Assembly: GCA_002505775.1 (NCBI GenBank)
Contig: DAVY01000020.1
Location: 4,860 to 68,859, forward strand
DNA length: 64,000 nt
Direction of reading: 5' to 3'
From: Euryarchaeota archaeon UBA130
GTDB taxonomy: Archaea > Thermoplasmatota > Poseidoniia > Poseidoniales > Thalassarchaeaceae
Shown one piece after another: positions 19,544-29,028 of the stretch. Position numbers and translations under genes: made by a program. The stretch's first letter is position 1; each line of letters begins with the position of its first letter. The notes below the pieces were generated by a model. It searched no databases. It was not told where the DNA came from and was given only the letters and a program-made list of their open reading frames with translations.

Positions 19544-19553
19544 TTGTCTGTTT

Positions 19554-19958
19554 TTGATTGAGGCTGGAGTGCCGGACGTCGAGACATACCTGAAGTTAAG
19601 GGAAAATGCTGGAATGAGGCCCAGAACCCACTCTGGAGCGTCCAAGGGCCTCGGTTCAGAGCTGTTCTCGGTCATCCTGAGACTGGAAGACTCCGGGGAA
19701 GCAGTGGGAATGGGAAGAGTTGTCGGGGACGGAGGGACTGTGTTTCACATTTGCGATATGGCTGTTTCCAGGGATTGGCAGGGAAAGGGAGGTGGCTCAA
19801 TGATCATGGACAGCCTGATGGGCTATATCTCCCGGGAAGCGACACCCAGTTCCTACATCAACCTCATGGCCGATGTTGACGGCTTCTACGAGAAGTGGGG
19901 CTTCAAGCCGACTCTCCCGAACTCTCGTGGCATGTTCCTTCGTCTATCAGGAGAATAG
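19554..19958 (+). CDS. GNAT-family N-acetyltransferase
   Basis: 'GMGRVVGDGGTVFHICDMAVSRDWQGKGGGSMIMDSLMGYI' is the acetyl-CoA binding motif A region. TTG 19554 is preferred over GTG 19506, which overlaps srp19. Confidence 0.7.
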   Translation: MIEAGVPDVETYLKLRENAGMRPRTHSGASKGLGSELFSVILRLEDSGEAVGMGRVVGDGGTVFHICDMAVSRDWQGKGGGSMIMDSLMGYISREATPSSYINLMADVDGFYEKWGFKPTLPNSRGMFLRLSGE

Positions 19959-20003
19959 CCCACTCTTCGGACCAGATAAGTAGCATGACCGCCTCCGGGA
20001 TTC

Positions 20004-20771
20004 ATGGAAACTGGAATGGAAGGGAAAGTGGTACTTGTCACTGGAGGAGCCGGTGGTATTGGCCAGTCCATTTGCAGAGCCTTCTCGTCCGAGGGAGCGA
20101 GGGTAGTGGTTCACTACAATGAATCCAAGGAAGAGGCAATCTCCCTTTCCAAAGAGATTGGAGGTACCGCAATGCAGGCTGACCTCAGGAGTCAGAAGTC
20201 GGCAGACAGGCTAGTCGATGAAATAGTCTCTAAGCACGGTTCTCTGGACGTTTGCATTGCGAATGCCGGGAGCTACCCGGTAGATTCCAAGCCACTCTGG
20301 GAGATAGAGTCGGAGAGGTGGTCGGAGACAATCTCATCCAACCTGGGAGTCACGGTAAACACCTCCCGATCCTTCCTCAGGCACGCGTCCAAGTCAAGGT
20401 CTGGCTCCTTGGTCATGGTGGGTTCCACTGCTGGGGTTTATGGAGAGGCGGGGCACTCTGACTACGCGACCGCCAAGGGGGCAATAACCTCCGGACTACT
20501 CTTGTCCCTGAAGAACGACGTATCGGAGATCGGGGGTGTTAGGGTGAACGCCGTCGCGCCTGGCTGGACCATTACCCCAAAGAAGGTGGAGCAGGGTATC
20601 GACGACTCCCTCGTGGAGCGGGCGACTGCGACGATGTCGCTGAAGAAGCTGGCTACTCCAGAGGATGTTGCCATGGCTGTGGTCGCCCTCTCGTCTGATA
20701 TCATATCGGGGCATGTCTCCGGTCAGGTTATCGAGGTCGCAGGAGGCATGGAAGGGCGCCTCATTCCCTAA
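20004..20771 (+). CDS. Short-chain dehydrogenase/reductase (FabG-like)
   Basis: 'VVLVTGGAGGIGQSI' (TGxxxGxG), 'NAG', 'YATAKGA' (YxxxK). Confidence 0.85.
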   Translation: METGMEGKVVLVTGGAGGIGQSICRAFSSEGARVVVHYNESKEEAISLSKEIGGTAMQADLRSQKSADRLVDEIVSKHGSLDVCIANAGSYPVDSKPLWEIESERWSETISSNLGVTVNTSRSFLRHASKSRSGSLVMVGSTAGVYGEAGHSDYATAKGAITSGLLLSLKNDVSEIGGVRVNAVAPGWTITPKKVEQGIDDSLVERATATMSLKKLATPEDVAMAVVALSSDIISGHVSGQVIEVAGGMEGRLIP

Positions 20772-21565
20772 TCCTTTAGCCAGTCAGCTAGATGGGGCAT
20801 TACCTCTGAGGACCTCGTAATCACACCCATGTGCCCTCCAGGGACATATTTCACCCTGACATCCGGAAGTGCCCTTGAGAGTAGCGAGCATGCCTCGAAC
20901 TGATGTGGAGGGGTCTCATCGCTCAAAGTGATGAGTACAGGGGCATGAATGTCCGCATAGTAGGACGGAGGAGTCTTGTCATAGCATAGCATCCTTACCT
21001 CACTGAGAATCTTAGGCTGGAGCTCCCTCCACATAACCTTCCTTCCCTCCATCATCGAGTCCCAAGTACCCGGAACGTTCCAGTAGTCCACGAAATCCCT
21101 GAGGAAGTCCTCAGGCTTCAGTCCCTCTGTGAAGAAAGTCTCCACCACCTCCCCAAACTCGTTCTTCAGGTCGTCCCGTTCGGTCGCCTGAAGACATCCC
21201 CAAACCGTCGGCTCATGGAAGGACATCCTCCTGACCTTGTCTGGATGGTTCTTCGCAAGCATGAGTCCGATGAAGCCACCGTATGAGTGCCCTAGGATAT
21301 CCACCGGCCCCTTCTCTGCCAAGAGGAGCCTTTCCGAGGCCAGGTAGTCCGTCCATGAGTCGATTTCTCCTTCACCGGACCACTGGCCTGACTTCGGATA
21401 ACAGAGGTAGTGCGGGCAGATGGACCTCCTGCCCTCTATCAGGGGCAACATTTCCCTCCACTGCCTCGAGTCAAGCCCCGTGCTACAGAGCATTAGGATG
21501 GGAGGGCCCTCGCCATCGCTCTCTGAGTAGTGGAAGCGGTTCCCATCGACATCTATCTCAGGCAT
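20768..21565 (-). CDS. Alpha/beta-fold hydrolase
   Basis: Nucleophile elbow 'ILGHSYGGFIG', 265 aa, C-terminal 'GGHMGV' His region. Confidence 0.75.
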   Translation of the reverse strand: MPEIDVDGNRFHYSESDGEGPPILMLCSTGLDSRQWREMLPLIEGRRSICPHYLCYPKSGQWSGEGEIDSWTDYLASERLLLAEKGPVDILGHSYGGFIGLMLAKNHPDKVRRMSFHEPTVWGCLQATERDDLKNEFGEVVETFFTEGLKPEDFLRDFVDYWNVPGTWDSMMEGRKVMWRELQPKILSEVRMLCYDKTPPSYYADIHAPVLITLSDETPPHQFEACSLLSRALPDVRVKYVPGGHMGVITRSSEVMPHLADWLKD

Positions 21566-21571
21566 TTTTCA

Positions 21572-22330
21572 TCATCCAACGTACCTTATCTCCAGGGCGT
21601 GATGGACGTTTATCCGATCCTGCCCCTCCTCAATAGTCAGCCTCACCTCGTGAACCGCAAGAGGGCCGAAGTGAATGGTCTTCCAAAGCGTCTGGTCCCC
21701 GTTCCCTACGTTCTCGTAGGCCGTCTGGCACACCCCCTCGTGATTGACGATCTCCCACCTGACATCGACCTCCCTGCCATCAATCTCTATCACACTGGGA
21801 TTCTCGACAGTGGAGTTCAGCAGGAAGTGAGATGGAATCGGCCCATCATTCCCAGGCTTTGAGTCGAAGACGAAGTCCTCTGGAGTCCCGGTGTTGTTCT
21901 CGTACCAGTCTATTCGTTGCTCTATCTTCACCTCGATGAATCGGTCGATGCGAAGCCCGGACTCATCGACGCCGAAGGCGTTCACTGAGTACAGCCCGTG
22001 TTTGTTGAACTCGACGGAAATCTCTGAGCCGTCAGAGGGGGCGATGGTTATCGGCTCCCCCCCATCTCCCGGGTCTACACCGAAGACCACGCTCTGGCCG
22101 TAGTTAGTAGACGCTGAGAAGTCAAAGGTCACTGAGGGGTAGATGACACTTGTCTGCGACCCGTCCTCGAATGATAACTGGATTACCCCATATCTAGAGT
22201 CTGGCTCAACAACCAGTCCAAGGCCCTCGGAGTCGTCACCTACTAGGCCGATGCAACCGGAGAGGAGGAGAGTGGAGAGGAGGAGGGCGTTTGCACGGAT
22301 TGGGGACCATGTTGATCCGAGCTCTCCCAT
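21572..22330 (-). CDS. Secreted lipobox protein with PKD-like domain
   Basis: 'LLLSGCIGL' lipobox-like signal. 'VTFDFSASTNYGQSVVFGVDPGDGGE...HGLYSVNAFGVDESG' is PKD-like. Confidence 0.5.
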   Translation of the reverse strand: MGELGSTWSPIRANALLLSTLLLSGCIGLVGDDSEGLGLVVEPDSRYGVIQLSFEDGSQTSVIYPSVTFDFSASTNYGQSVVFGVDPGDGGEPITIAPSDGSEISVEFNKHGLYSVNAFGVDESGLRIDRFIEVKIEQRIDWYENNTGTPEDFVFDSKPGNDGPIPSHFLLNSTVENPSVIEIDGREVDVRWEIVNHEGVCQTAYENVGNGDQTLWKTIHFGPLAVHEVRLTIEEGQDRINVHHALEIRYVG

Positions 22331-22369
22331 GTCCCCTACACGGAGGATTTCCAGATTAATGTGACTGAT

Positions 22370-22879
22370 TCAGGACCCTCTCACGTCCTCGAGGATCACC
22401 TTGCAACTCCTGCACCTGTAACGTCCGTTCCCCCTCCTTGACCTAGGGTGCCTGTCTCCGCAGGATGGGCAGACCCATAGCCACTTCGAGGACCTCTCCC
22501 TCAGGTACCTCCCGAACTCTTGGCCCATCGACCTAGCACCCTCATCGGGCCAAAGGGCCTCCAGCTCCCGAAACTCCCTACCATGGTTGGATATGCCAAG
22601 GGCATGTATGTACTCGTGGTAAAGAAGGAAGTCCGCATACCTGGACCACTGATCCGTGAGAGCGTATGGGTGGACATCGATACACCTAACATCCGCCGGC
22701 GCTACTCCCTCGGACTTGCGCGCGCCCCTTCTGTACCTGCAGACCGCGTGCAGCCTAGTCGCGCTCCGCCTGAGTAGCCCCAGCGGTATGGACGGGAGAT
22801 CGTCCACAGGTAGGTGAGAGAGAGCCGGTATCCCCCTCATTCTGGTTATCACGGCCTGCCCCCGTTCCTCCAGGTCCAT
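22370..22879 (-). CDS. SprT/DUF45-like zinc metalloprotease with C-terminal zinc ribbon
   Basis: 'LLYHEYIHALGISNHGREF' (HExxH...H) plus 'CPSCGDRH...YRCRSCK'. Confidence 0.5.
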   Translation of the reverse strand: MDLEERGQAVITRMRGIPALSHLPVDDLPSIPLGLLRRSATRLHAVCRYRRGARKSEGVAPADVRCIDVHPYALTDQWSRYADFLLYHEYIHALGISNHGREFRELEALWPDEGARSMGQEFGRYLRERSSKWLWVCPSCGDRHPRSRRGNGRYRCRSCKVILEDVRGS

Positions 22880-22961
22880 GGCACTGGCTCTGTGAGCGCC
22901 TCATCAAGTTTGGTCATCTGGGCTCCAAATCCATCAAGTACCGATTAGCTGTCTGGATTGC

Positions 22962-23351
22962 ATGAGCAGGAAGTACTTCGTGAAGTTCGTATCAGAGCCG
23001 AGGAATGACACAATCAAGACGATAGTGGGCGTAGCATGCACCGCCAGAGCGATAGAGGAGGGGCATGATGTTAGCGTGTTCTTCGCGGCGGCAGGCACCA
23101 GGCTCCTCGACCCTGCATACATAGAGGAGCTGAACAAGGAGATGGGGGAAGGCTCCACGATGGTCTCCGACATGATGGGTTCGATAACCGACAACGCGAC
23201 CCTCTACTGCTCGTTCGCCTCAGTGAAGGCCACGCTCGGGCACAGCGAGGGGGACGGTGCCCTGATAGTGCCCGATGAAAGGATCGAGTGGAGTGGGCCC
23301 CCGGGAGTCATCAAGCTCAGCTCCGCCTCCGAGGTTCAGCTCGTCTACTAG
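22962..23351 (+). CDS. DsrE/DsrF-like family protein
   Basis: 129 aa; 'IVGVACTARAIEEGHDVSVFFAAAGTRLL' resembles the DsrE-like fold. Weak call. Confidence 0.4.
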   Translation: MSRKYFVKFVSEPRNDTIKTIVGVACTARAIEEGHDVSVFFAAAGTRLLDPAYIEELNKEMGEGSTMVSDMMGSITDNATLYCSFASVKATLGHSEGDGALIVPDERIEWSGPPGVIKLSSASEVQLVY

Positions 23352-23388
23352 ACACGGGTAGAAATACCGAGACTCCCCTCTGTGCCCC

Positions 23389-24018
23389 ATGAGAGACGTC
23401 AGGAGGGACTACGGACAGGGCGCCCCGATTGAGATCGACGACCCCACCAAGCCACTGGAGCTTCTCTCGAAATGGGTGCAGGATGCCATAGACGCCGGCG
23501 TCACGGAGCCCAACGCGATGAACATCGCGACTGTTGACGCAAGGGGCAACCCGAGGAACAGGATGGTGCTACTAAAGCACATCGAGGGGGACGACATCGG
23601 CTTCTTCACCAACCTAGAGAGCGACAAGTCCGTCGAGATACAGGGGCACTCCATGGTCTCGGCCACTATCTGGTGGCCGGAGTTGGAGAGACAGGTAAGG
23701 ATAGAGGGGGTAGCTACCCAGATGGACAGGGGGCTCGCTGAGGACTACCACTCCTCGCGCCCGAGGAAGAGCAGACTGGCGGCGTGGGCATCCGACCAGA
23801 GCAGACCTCTTGGCTCGAGGGAGGAACTCGAGCGGCGGTTCGATCAGTACGACTCCAAGTTCGACGGCGAGGACATCCCGCTCCCGCCCTTCTGGGGGGG
23901 TTACACAGTACGAGCGGACAGGGTCGAGTACTGGGAAGGAAGGCCAAGCAGGATGCATGAGAGGGTGGTGCTGACAAGGTCAGAGGAAGGATGGAACCTA
24001 GGGAGACTCTATCCCTGA
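23389..24018 (+). CDS. pdxH: Pyridoxamine 5'-phosphate oxidase
   Basis: 'NRMVLLK', 'RQVRIEG', 'SRPRKSRLAAWASDQSRPL', 'PPFWGGYTVRADRVEYWEGRPSRMHER...RLYP'. Confidence 0.9.
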   Translation: MRDVRRDYGQGAPIEIDDPTKPLELLSKWVQDAIDAGVTEPNAMNIATVDARGNPRNRMVLLKHIEGDDIGFFTNLESDKSVEIQGHSMVSATIWWPELERQVRIEGVATQMDRGLAEDYHSSRPRKSRLAAWASDQSRPLGSREELERRFDQYDSKFDGEDIPLPPFWGGYTVRADRVEYWEGRPSRMHERVVLTRSEEGWNLGRLYP

Positions 24019-24049
24019 GACATAGAAATGAAGGAATTGAGGTTGTAAC

Positions 24050-24598
24050 ATGAAGAGAGGAAGAAAGAACATCAAGAAGGTCGGGAATACAAAGGATGTC
24101 GCTAATCTGCCTCTGATGCTAGGGCTCGCCGGTTCCTTAGTCGCATTGGCATTATTATTCGTTATAGATACGACAGCAGAACCGGCCACCTTCCCCGAGT
24201 TCGAGCTTGAGGACGGTCTGACTTCACAGAGCGTGACCAAGGAGGCGATGATGGGCGAGGCATGGGTTGCATACTTCTCTGCGACTTGGTGCACTCACTG
24301 CCACCCCACCTTGGATTCCATCGACCTGGTTATACCTGATGACAGGCTATTGGTCTTCAACACAGAAGCGGCTGACAGCGACATGGTGGGGTGGAACGAG
24401 GATATGGAAGAGTATCTGGAGAGGGATCTGGAGAGGCCATTCATACACGCGCCAGGACTAGCGGCGGAGGTGGAGGTACTCGGAAGGCCTTACCTCATTT
24501 TCATAGACGCAGAGGGAAATATACAATCCGATAGAGTAGGGCTCTGGACTGACGCCATTGAGATGGCGGAGACATGGGAAGAGACCCTGTCTGCCTGA
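24050..24598 (+). CDS. Membrane-anchored thioredoxin-like (TlpA/ResA-type) protein
   Basis: N-terminal TM helix, then 'WVAYFSATWCTHCHPTL' (WCxxC). Confidence 0.65.
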   Translation: MKRGRKNIKKVGNTKDVANLPLMLGLAGSLVALALLFVIDTTAEPATFPEFELEDGLTSQSVTKEAMMGEAWVAYFSATWCTHCHPTLDSIDLVIPDDRLLVFNTEAADSDMVGWNEDMEEYLERDLERPFIHAPGLAAEVEVLGRPYLIFIDAEGNIQSDRVGLWTDAIEMAETWEETLSA

Positions 24599-24688
24599 GT
24601 TTCTCAGAAATACTATTTCCGATATGTGATATATTGCCCCTACGGGGCATGCTTTGCGTTGAAATAGGGGTGGTGGGTCGGCGGGAGC

Positions 24689-25144
24689 ATGGGAGACATG
24701 CAGACGACCTTCGTGATGATCAAGCCAGACGGCGTACAGAGAGGCCTAGTGGCCGACATAATCGGGAGATTCGAGACCAAGGGGCTCAGGATGGTAGGGC
24801 TGAGGCAGCTCACCCCATCACTGGAGCTCGCAGAGACCCACTACGAGGTCCACAAGGAGAGGCCTTTCTACGGCGGACTCATCGAGTTCATCACATCCGG
24901 ACCTGTCGTCGCAATGGCATGGACCGGCGTTGACGCGATAAGCGTCGCACGGAACCTCATCGGGCCCACTGATGGCAGGGTAGCCGCCCCAGGGACGATC
25001 CGTGGCGACTTCGCAATGGACATAGGCCACAACGTCATCCACGGCTCGGACGGCGAGGACACGGCCGCCTTCGAGCTCGACCTATGGTTCCCAGAGGGAC
25101 TGGTCGACTGGTCCCGAGACGCGGAGAAGCACATCTACGAGTGA
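24689..25144 (+). CDS. ndk: Nucleoside diphosphate kinase
   Basis: '[27 protein letters not shown]', 'GTIRGDFA', 'NVIHGSD'. Confidence 0.93.
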   Translation: MGDMQTTFVMIKPDGVQRGLVADIIGRFETKGLRMVGLRQLTPSLELAETHYEVHKERPFYGGLIEFITSGPVVAMAWTGVDAISVARNLIGPTDGRVAAPGTIRGDFAMDIGHNVIHGSDGEDTAAFELDLWFPEGLVDWSRDAEKHIYE

Positions 25145-25174
25145 TTATCACACTACACGGGGAAGGAGCATGAG

Positions 25175-26962
25175 GTGGTCGGAATGTCAGGACGCAGACA
25201 ACCGATCGTCGCTGTACTAGGTCACGTGGACCACGGCAAGACCTCTCTCCTTGATCACATCAGGGGACTGGGCTCTGACTCCAGGGCCTCGGTAATGGAC
25301 AGGGAGGCTGGTGGCATAACCCAGCACATCGGTGCCACCGAGGTTCCCTCGGACATACTCAACGACCTCTGTGCCCCACTGCTCGGGGGAAAGACGTTCG
25401 ACTCGCCCGGGCTCCTGTTCATCGACACCCCGGGACACCACTCCTTCTCCACGCTGAGGTCCAGGGGTGGGTCCCTCGCTGACATAGCGATACTCATAGT
25501 GGACGTGATGGAGGGGGCGAGGCCGCAGACTCTGGAGTCCCTCAGGGTCCTGAAGAACGCGAGGACGCCCTTCGTCATAGCCGCGAACAAGGTAGACAGG
25601 GTGCATGGGTGGGACGCTCAGGAGGGAAGGGCCATGGCACTCTCCATGAGGAACCAGTCAAAGGACACCATAGCCCTCTTCGAGACGAGGTATTGGGAGC
25701 TGGTAGGGAAGTTCGCGGAGGAGGGGCTCAACATAGAGCGCTACGACCGCGTGAAGGACTTCACCAAGGACATCGCACTGGTACCGATTTCCGCTAGGGA
25801 GGGCGAGGGCATACAGGACCTACTGGCTGTCGTGATCGGACTGGCCGAGCGTTATCTGACCGAGCAGCTGACAGACGTCGAGGGATCTGGAGAGGGGACG
25901 GTTCTCGAGATGAAGGAGGAGCGTGGATTGGGCAAGACCCTGGACGTTATCCTCCACAGGGGCTCCATCAGGAAGGGCGACGAGATAGTCGTGGCTACCT
26001 CTGAGGGAGGAATATCGACACGCGTCAAGGGGCTATTCAGCCCTAGGGGGATGAGTGAGATGAGGGACGCTGGCGACCGCTGGGACGATACGGACGTTGC
26101 CCACGCCGCGTCGGGCCTCAAGATATCGGCTCCAGATTTGGACAACGTCCTCGCAGGAACCACACTACGCGTGGTGAACAGCGAGGAGGAGCGCGAGGAG
26201 GCAATCTCAGCGGCAACATCCGAGTCCGAGCTGTCGATAGGGCTGGACGAGGAGGGGGTTTGCATAAAGGCCGACACAGTAGGAGGCCTCGAGGCCCTGG
26301 CGAAGGAGCTGCAGGCAGTCGACGTCCCCATCAGGAGCGCTTCGATCGGAAAGGTCAGCAGGAGGGACGTCAGGAGCGCTGAGGCCGCCTCAGACCCACT
26401 CCACAGGATAATCATGGCATTCAGCACTGACATCCTCCCCGATGCCGAGAGCGAGATGGCGCAGTCCGACAAGGGGGTCCACCACATAGGCTCGGACATC
26501 ATCTACCGGATACTCGAGGAGAGGGAGGAGTGGGTCGAAAGACGCACCAAGGAGATAGAGGAGGAGAGCAGGGAGGCGATTGTCTACCCCGGAAGGATCC
26601 TCCTCCTGAGGGACCATACTTTCAGAATATCCAAGCCCGCTGTCATGGGAGTCAGGGTTCTCGCTGGGAGGATTCACGTCGGCCAGTATCTATTGAAGGA
26701 TGGGATCAGGGTTGGGAGGATAAAGTCCATCCGCTCTGGAGAGGAGTCCATGAAGGAGGCCATGCAGGGAGCTGAGGTCGCAGTCGCCATAGATGGGGCT
26801 ACAGCCGGCAGGCAGATCGAGGAGGAGGACGTACTCCTGGTGGACGTTCCGGAGTCTCACGCTAGGAAGCTCATCAGGATGGACCTGAGCGCCGCCGAGG
26901 CCGAGGTTCTGGAGGAGCTTCAGGCAATTCATCGCAAGGACGACCACTTCTGGGGACGCTAG
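25175..26962 (+). CDS. infB: Translation initiation factor aIF5B (IF-2)
   Basis: 'PIVAVLGHVDHGKTSLLDHIRG', 'DTPGHHSF', 'ANKVDR'; 595 aa, no intein-sized insert. Confidence 0.93.
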   Translation: MVGMSGRRQPIVAVLGHVDHGKTSLLDHIRGLGSDSRASVMDREAGGITQHIGATEVPSDILNDLCAPLLGGKTFDSPGLLFIDTPGHHSFSTLRSRGGSLADIAILIVDVMEGARPQTLESLRVLKNARTPFVIAANKVDRVHGWDAQEGRAMALSMRNQSKDTIALFETRYWELVGKFAEEGLNIERYDRVKDFTKDIALVPISAREGEGIQDLLAVVIGLAERYLTEQLTDVEGSGEGTVLEMKEERGLGKTLDVILHRGSIRKGDEIVVATSEGGISTRVKGLFSPRGMSEMRDAGDRWDDTDVAHAASGLKISAPDLDNVLAGTTLRVVNSEEEREEAISAATSESELSIGLDEEGVCIKADTVGGLEALAKELQAVDVPIRSASIGKVSRRDVRSAEAASDPLHRIIMAFSTDILPDAESEMAQSDKGVHHIGSDIIYRILEEREEWVERRTKEIEEESREAIVYPGRILLLRDHTFRISKPAVMGVRVLAGRIHVGQYLLKDGIRVGRIKSIRSGEESMKEAMQGAEVAVAIDGATAGRQIEEEDVLLVDVPESHARKLIRMDLSAAEAEVLEELQAIHRKDDHFWGR

Positions 26963-27045
26963 GTGCAATGAAGTTTGTACGTCCCATGGGAACCGAACAC
27001 TCAAGTAGTGAATAAGAGGGCCTGAATGTAGTAGGTGAGTGAAGA

Positions 27046-28032
27046 ATGTCGATGTCCCAATCCGGAGATGCGAAGTCAAGAGAGCTCATACAGACCGTTT
27101 CCCAGATCTCTAACGGCCTTATGAACGAAGTCAGCAAGGTCATTATTGGAAAGCAGGAGAACCTCAGGAGAGTCACCATAGGCATCCTATCGAACGGTAA
27201 CATGCTGATCGAGGATTTCCCCGGACTGGCTAAGACCCTGATGGCAAACACCTTCTCATCTGCCCTCGGATGCAAGTTCAAGAGAGTCCAGTTCACCCCT
27301 GACCTCCTCCCCGCTGATGTGATGGGGACGTACATGTACGATCAGCAGGCCGGTGAGTTCAAGCTGAGGCCGGGCCCCCTGTTCACCAACCTCCTCCTAG
27401 CTGATGAGATCAACAGGGCTCCACCCAAGACCCAGGCGGCTCTCCTAGAGGCAATGGAAGAGAAGCAGGTTACAATCGAGGGGATAACCCACAAGCTCCC
27501 CGCGCCGTTCATCACGATGGCAACCCAGAACCCAATTGAGCAGGAGGGGACATACCCTCTGCCTGAGGCACAGATGGACAGGTTCCTCATGAAGATGTCA
27601 ATGGGCTACCCTGACAGGCAGGAGGAGAAGGCCATCCTTCAACGAAGGAAGCTAAGGGGCAAGGATGACTACGACATAGAGCAGGTCACCAGCCCAAAGA
27701 AGGTCGTGGCCATGCAGAAGGCGCTCGAGACCGTGCACGTCGACCCAGCAATCATGTCATACATCGTCGAGCTAGTCCAGAGGACAAGAGAGGATCACAG
27801 GATCATCACTGGGGCATCGCCCAGAGCTAGTCAGTCCCTCTTCAAGACAAGCAGGTCAAGCGCCGCCATAGACGGCAGGGACTACGTGATTCCGGATGAC
27901 ATCAAAGCAGTAGCGCTTCAGGTAGTCAGCCACAGAATAGTCCTCAAGCCAGAGTCGAAGATCAGAGGTGTTACAGGACACCACATCATGAGGAAGATAC
28001 TGTCCGAAGTCCCTGTGCCAGTAATACAGTGA
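27046..28032 (+). CDS. moxR: MoxR-family AAA+ ATPase
   Basis: 'LLLADEINRAPPKTQAALLEAMEEKQVTIEG', 'FITMATQNPIEQEGTYPLPEAQMDRF', 'GASPRAS'. Confidence 0.9.
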   Translation: MSMSQSGDAKSRELIQTVSQISNGLMNEVSKVIIGKQENLRRVTIGILSNGNMLIEDFPGLAKTLMANTFSSALGCKFKRVQFTPDLLPADVMGTYMYDQQAGEFKLRPGPLFTNLLLADEINRAPPKTQAALLEAMEEKQVTIEGITHKLPAPFITMATQNPIEQEGTYPLPEAQMDRFLMKMSMGYPDRQEEKAILQRRKLRGKDDYDIEQVTSPKKVVAMQKALETVHVDPAIMSYIVELVQRTREDHRIITGASPRASQSLFKTSRSSAAIDGRDYVIPDDIKAVALQVVSHRIVLKPESKIRGVTGHHIMRKILSEVPVPVIQ

Positions 28033-28074
28033 TTCGTAACATTCACGGTACTAGCGCCACCACTGTGGGGCGGA

Positions 28075-29013
28075 GTGATGCATGTGGAGGGTGGGCCAGT
28101 CGTCATCGCAGTCGTCAACCACAAGGGAGGGACGGCCAAAACCACAACTGCAGTCAATCTGGCTGCGGCACTGGCCAAGGGGTCCCCTGAGATGGGGATA
28201 AGGTCCCGTAGGGTTCTGCTGGTCGACCTTGACCCAAGGGGTAACGTTGCAACTACCTTTGGTATCGACAAGAGATCACTCGGTCCCACTATGAACGAGC
28301 TGTTCAAGGGAGGCGCGGGTAACTCAAACGTGCCACTGCAACAGTGCATTCTCAACCCTGCTCAGCTGACTGTGGCGATGAGGGAATCGTGGAAGAGGCA
28401 CAACCCCGAGAGGAAGAGGGGGGCTCCGAAGGCGATCGAGACTCGAAACCTGTGGGTCCTACCAGCCGATCTGGACCTCTCTGGAGTGGAAATCGACCTC
28501 GCTACCAGAATAGGTAGAGAGCACAGGCTCAGGCTAGCACTCCAACAGGCGAGGGGGAGCTTTGACGTCGTGATCGTGGATACTCCCCCCTCCCTTGGGC
28601 TCCTGACCATAAACGGGCTCTCAGCGGCGGAGTGGGTACTGATACCGGTCCAGGCTGAGTTCTACTCGCTCGAGGGAATGGGTCAGCTACTTGGGATGAT
28701 AAAGGACGTACAGAAGAGTATCAATCCAAAGTTGAAGATGTTTGGAATAGCCATGACACTGGTACAGGGCAACAGTAAGCTCGGAGAGAAGGTGGCCGAG
28801 CAGGCAAGGAGGCACTTCGGAGACAGGGTCTTCGAGACCGAGCTTCCCAGGCTCGTGGCTATTGCTGAAGCACCTCTGGAGGGGGCTCCGATCGTAATAG
28901 CGAAGAGTCCGAACAAATCCAATCCTGGGAGTACTGCATACTGGGAGCTGACAAAGGAAGCGAGTGATCGGATAGACCGTATACTGGGAACTGGGGCTGA
29001 GAAACTCAGTTGA
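28075..29013 (+). CDS. ParA/Soj-family ATPase (copy 2)
   Basis: 'VVNHKGGTAKTTTAVNLAAALAKG', 'VLLVDLDPRGNVATTFGIDK', 'VVIVDTPPSLG'. It carries a roughly 40-aa insert and starts 43 nt after moxR. Confidence 0.85.
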   Translation: MMHVEGGPVVIAVVNHKGGTAKTTTAVNLAAALAKGSPEMGIRSRRVLLVDLDPRGNVATTFGIDKRSLGPTMNELFKGGAGNSNVPLQQCILNPAQLTVAMRESWKRHNPERKRGAPKAIETRNLWVLPADLDLSGVEIDLATRIGREHRLRLALQQARGSFDVVIVDTPPSLGLLTINGLSAAEWVLIPVQAEFYSLEGMGQLLGMIKDVQKSINPKLKMFGIAMTLVQGNSKLGEKVAEQARRHFGDRVFETELPRLVAIAEAPLEGAPIVIAKSPNKSNPGSTAYWELTKEASDRIDRILGTGAEKLS

Positions 29014-29028
29014 GGGCATAAAGGGATT

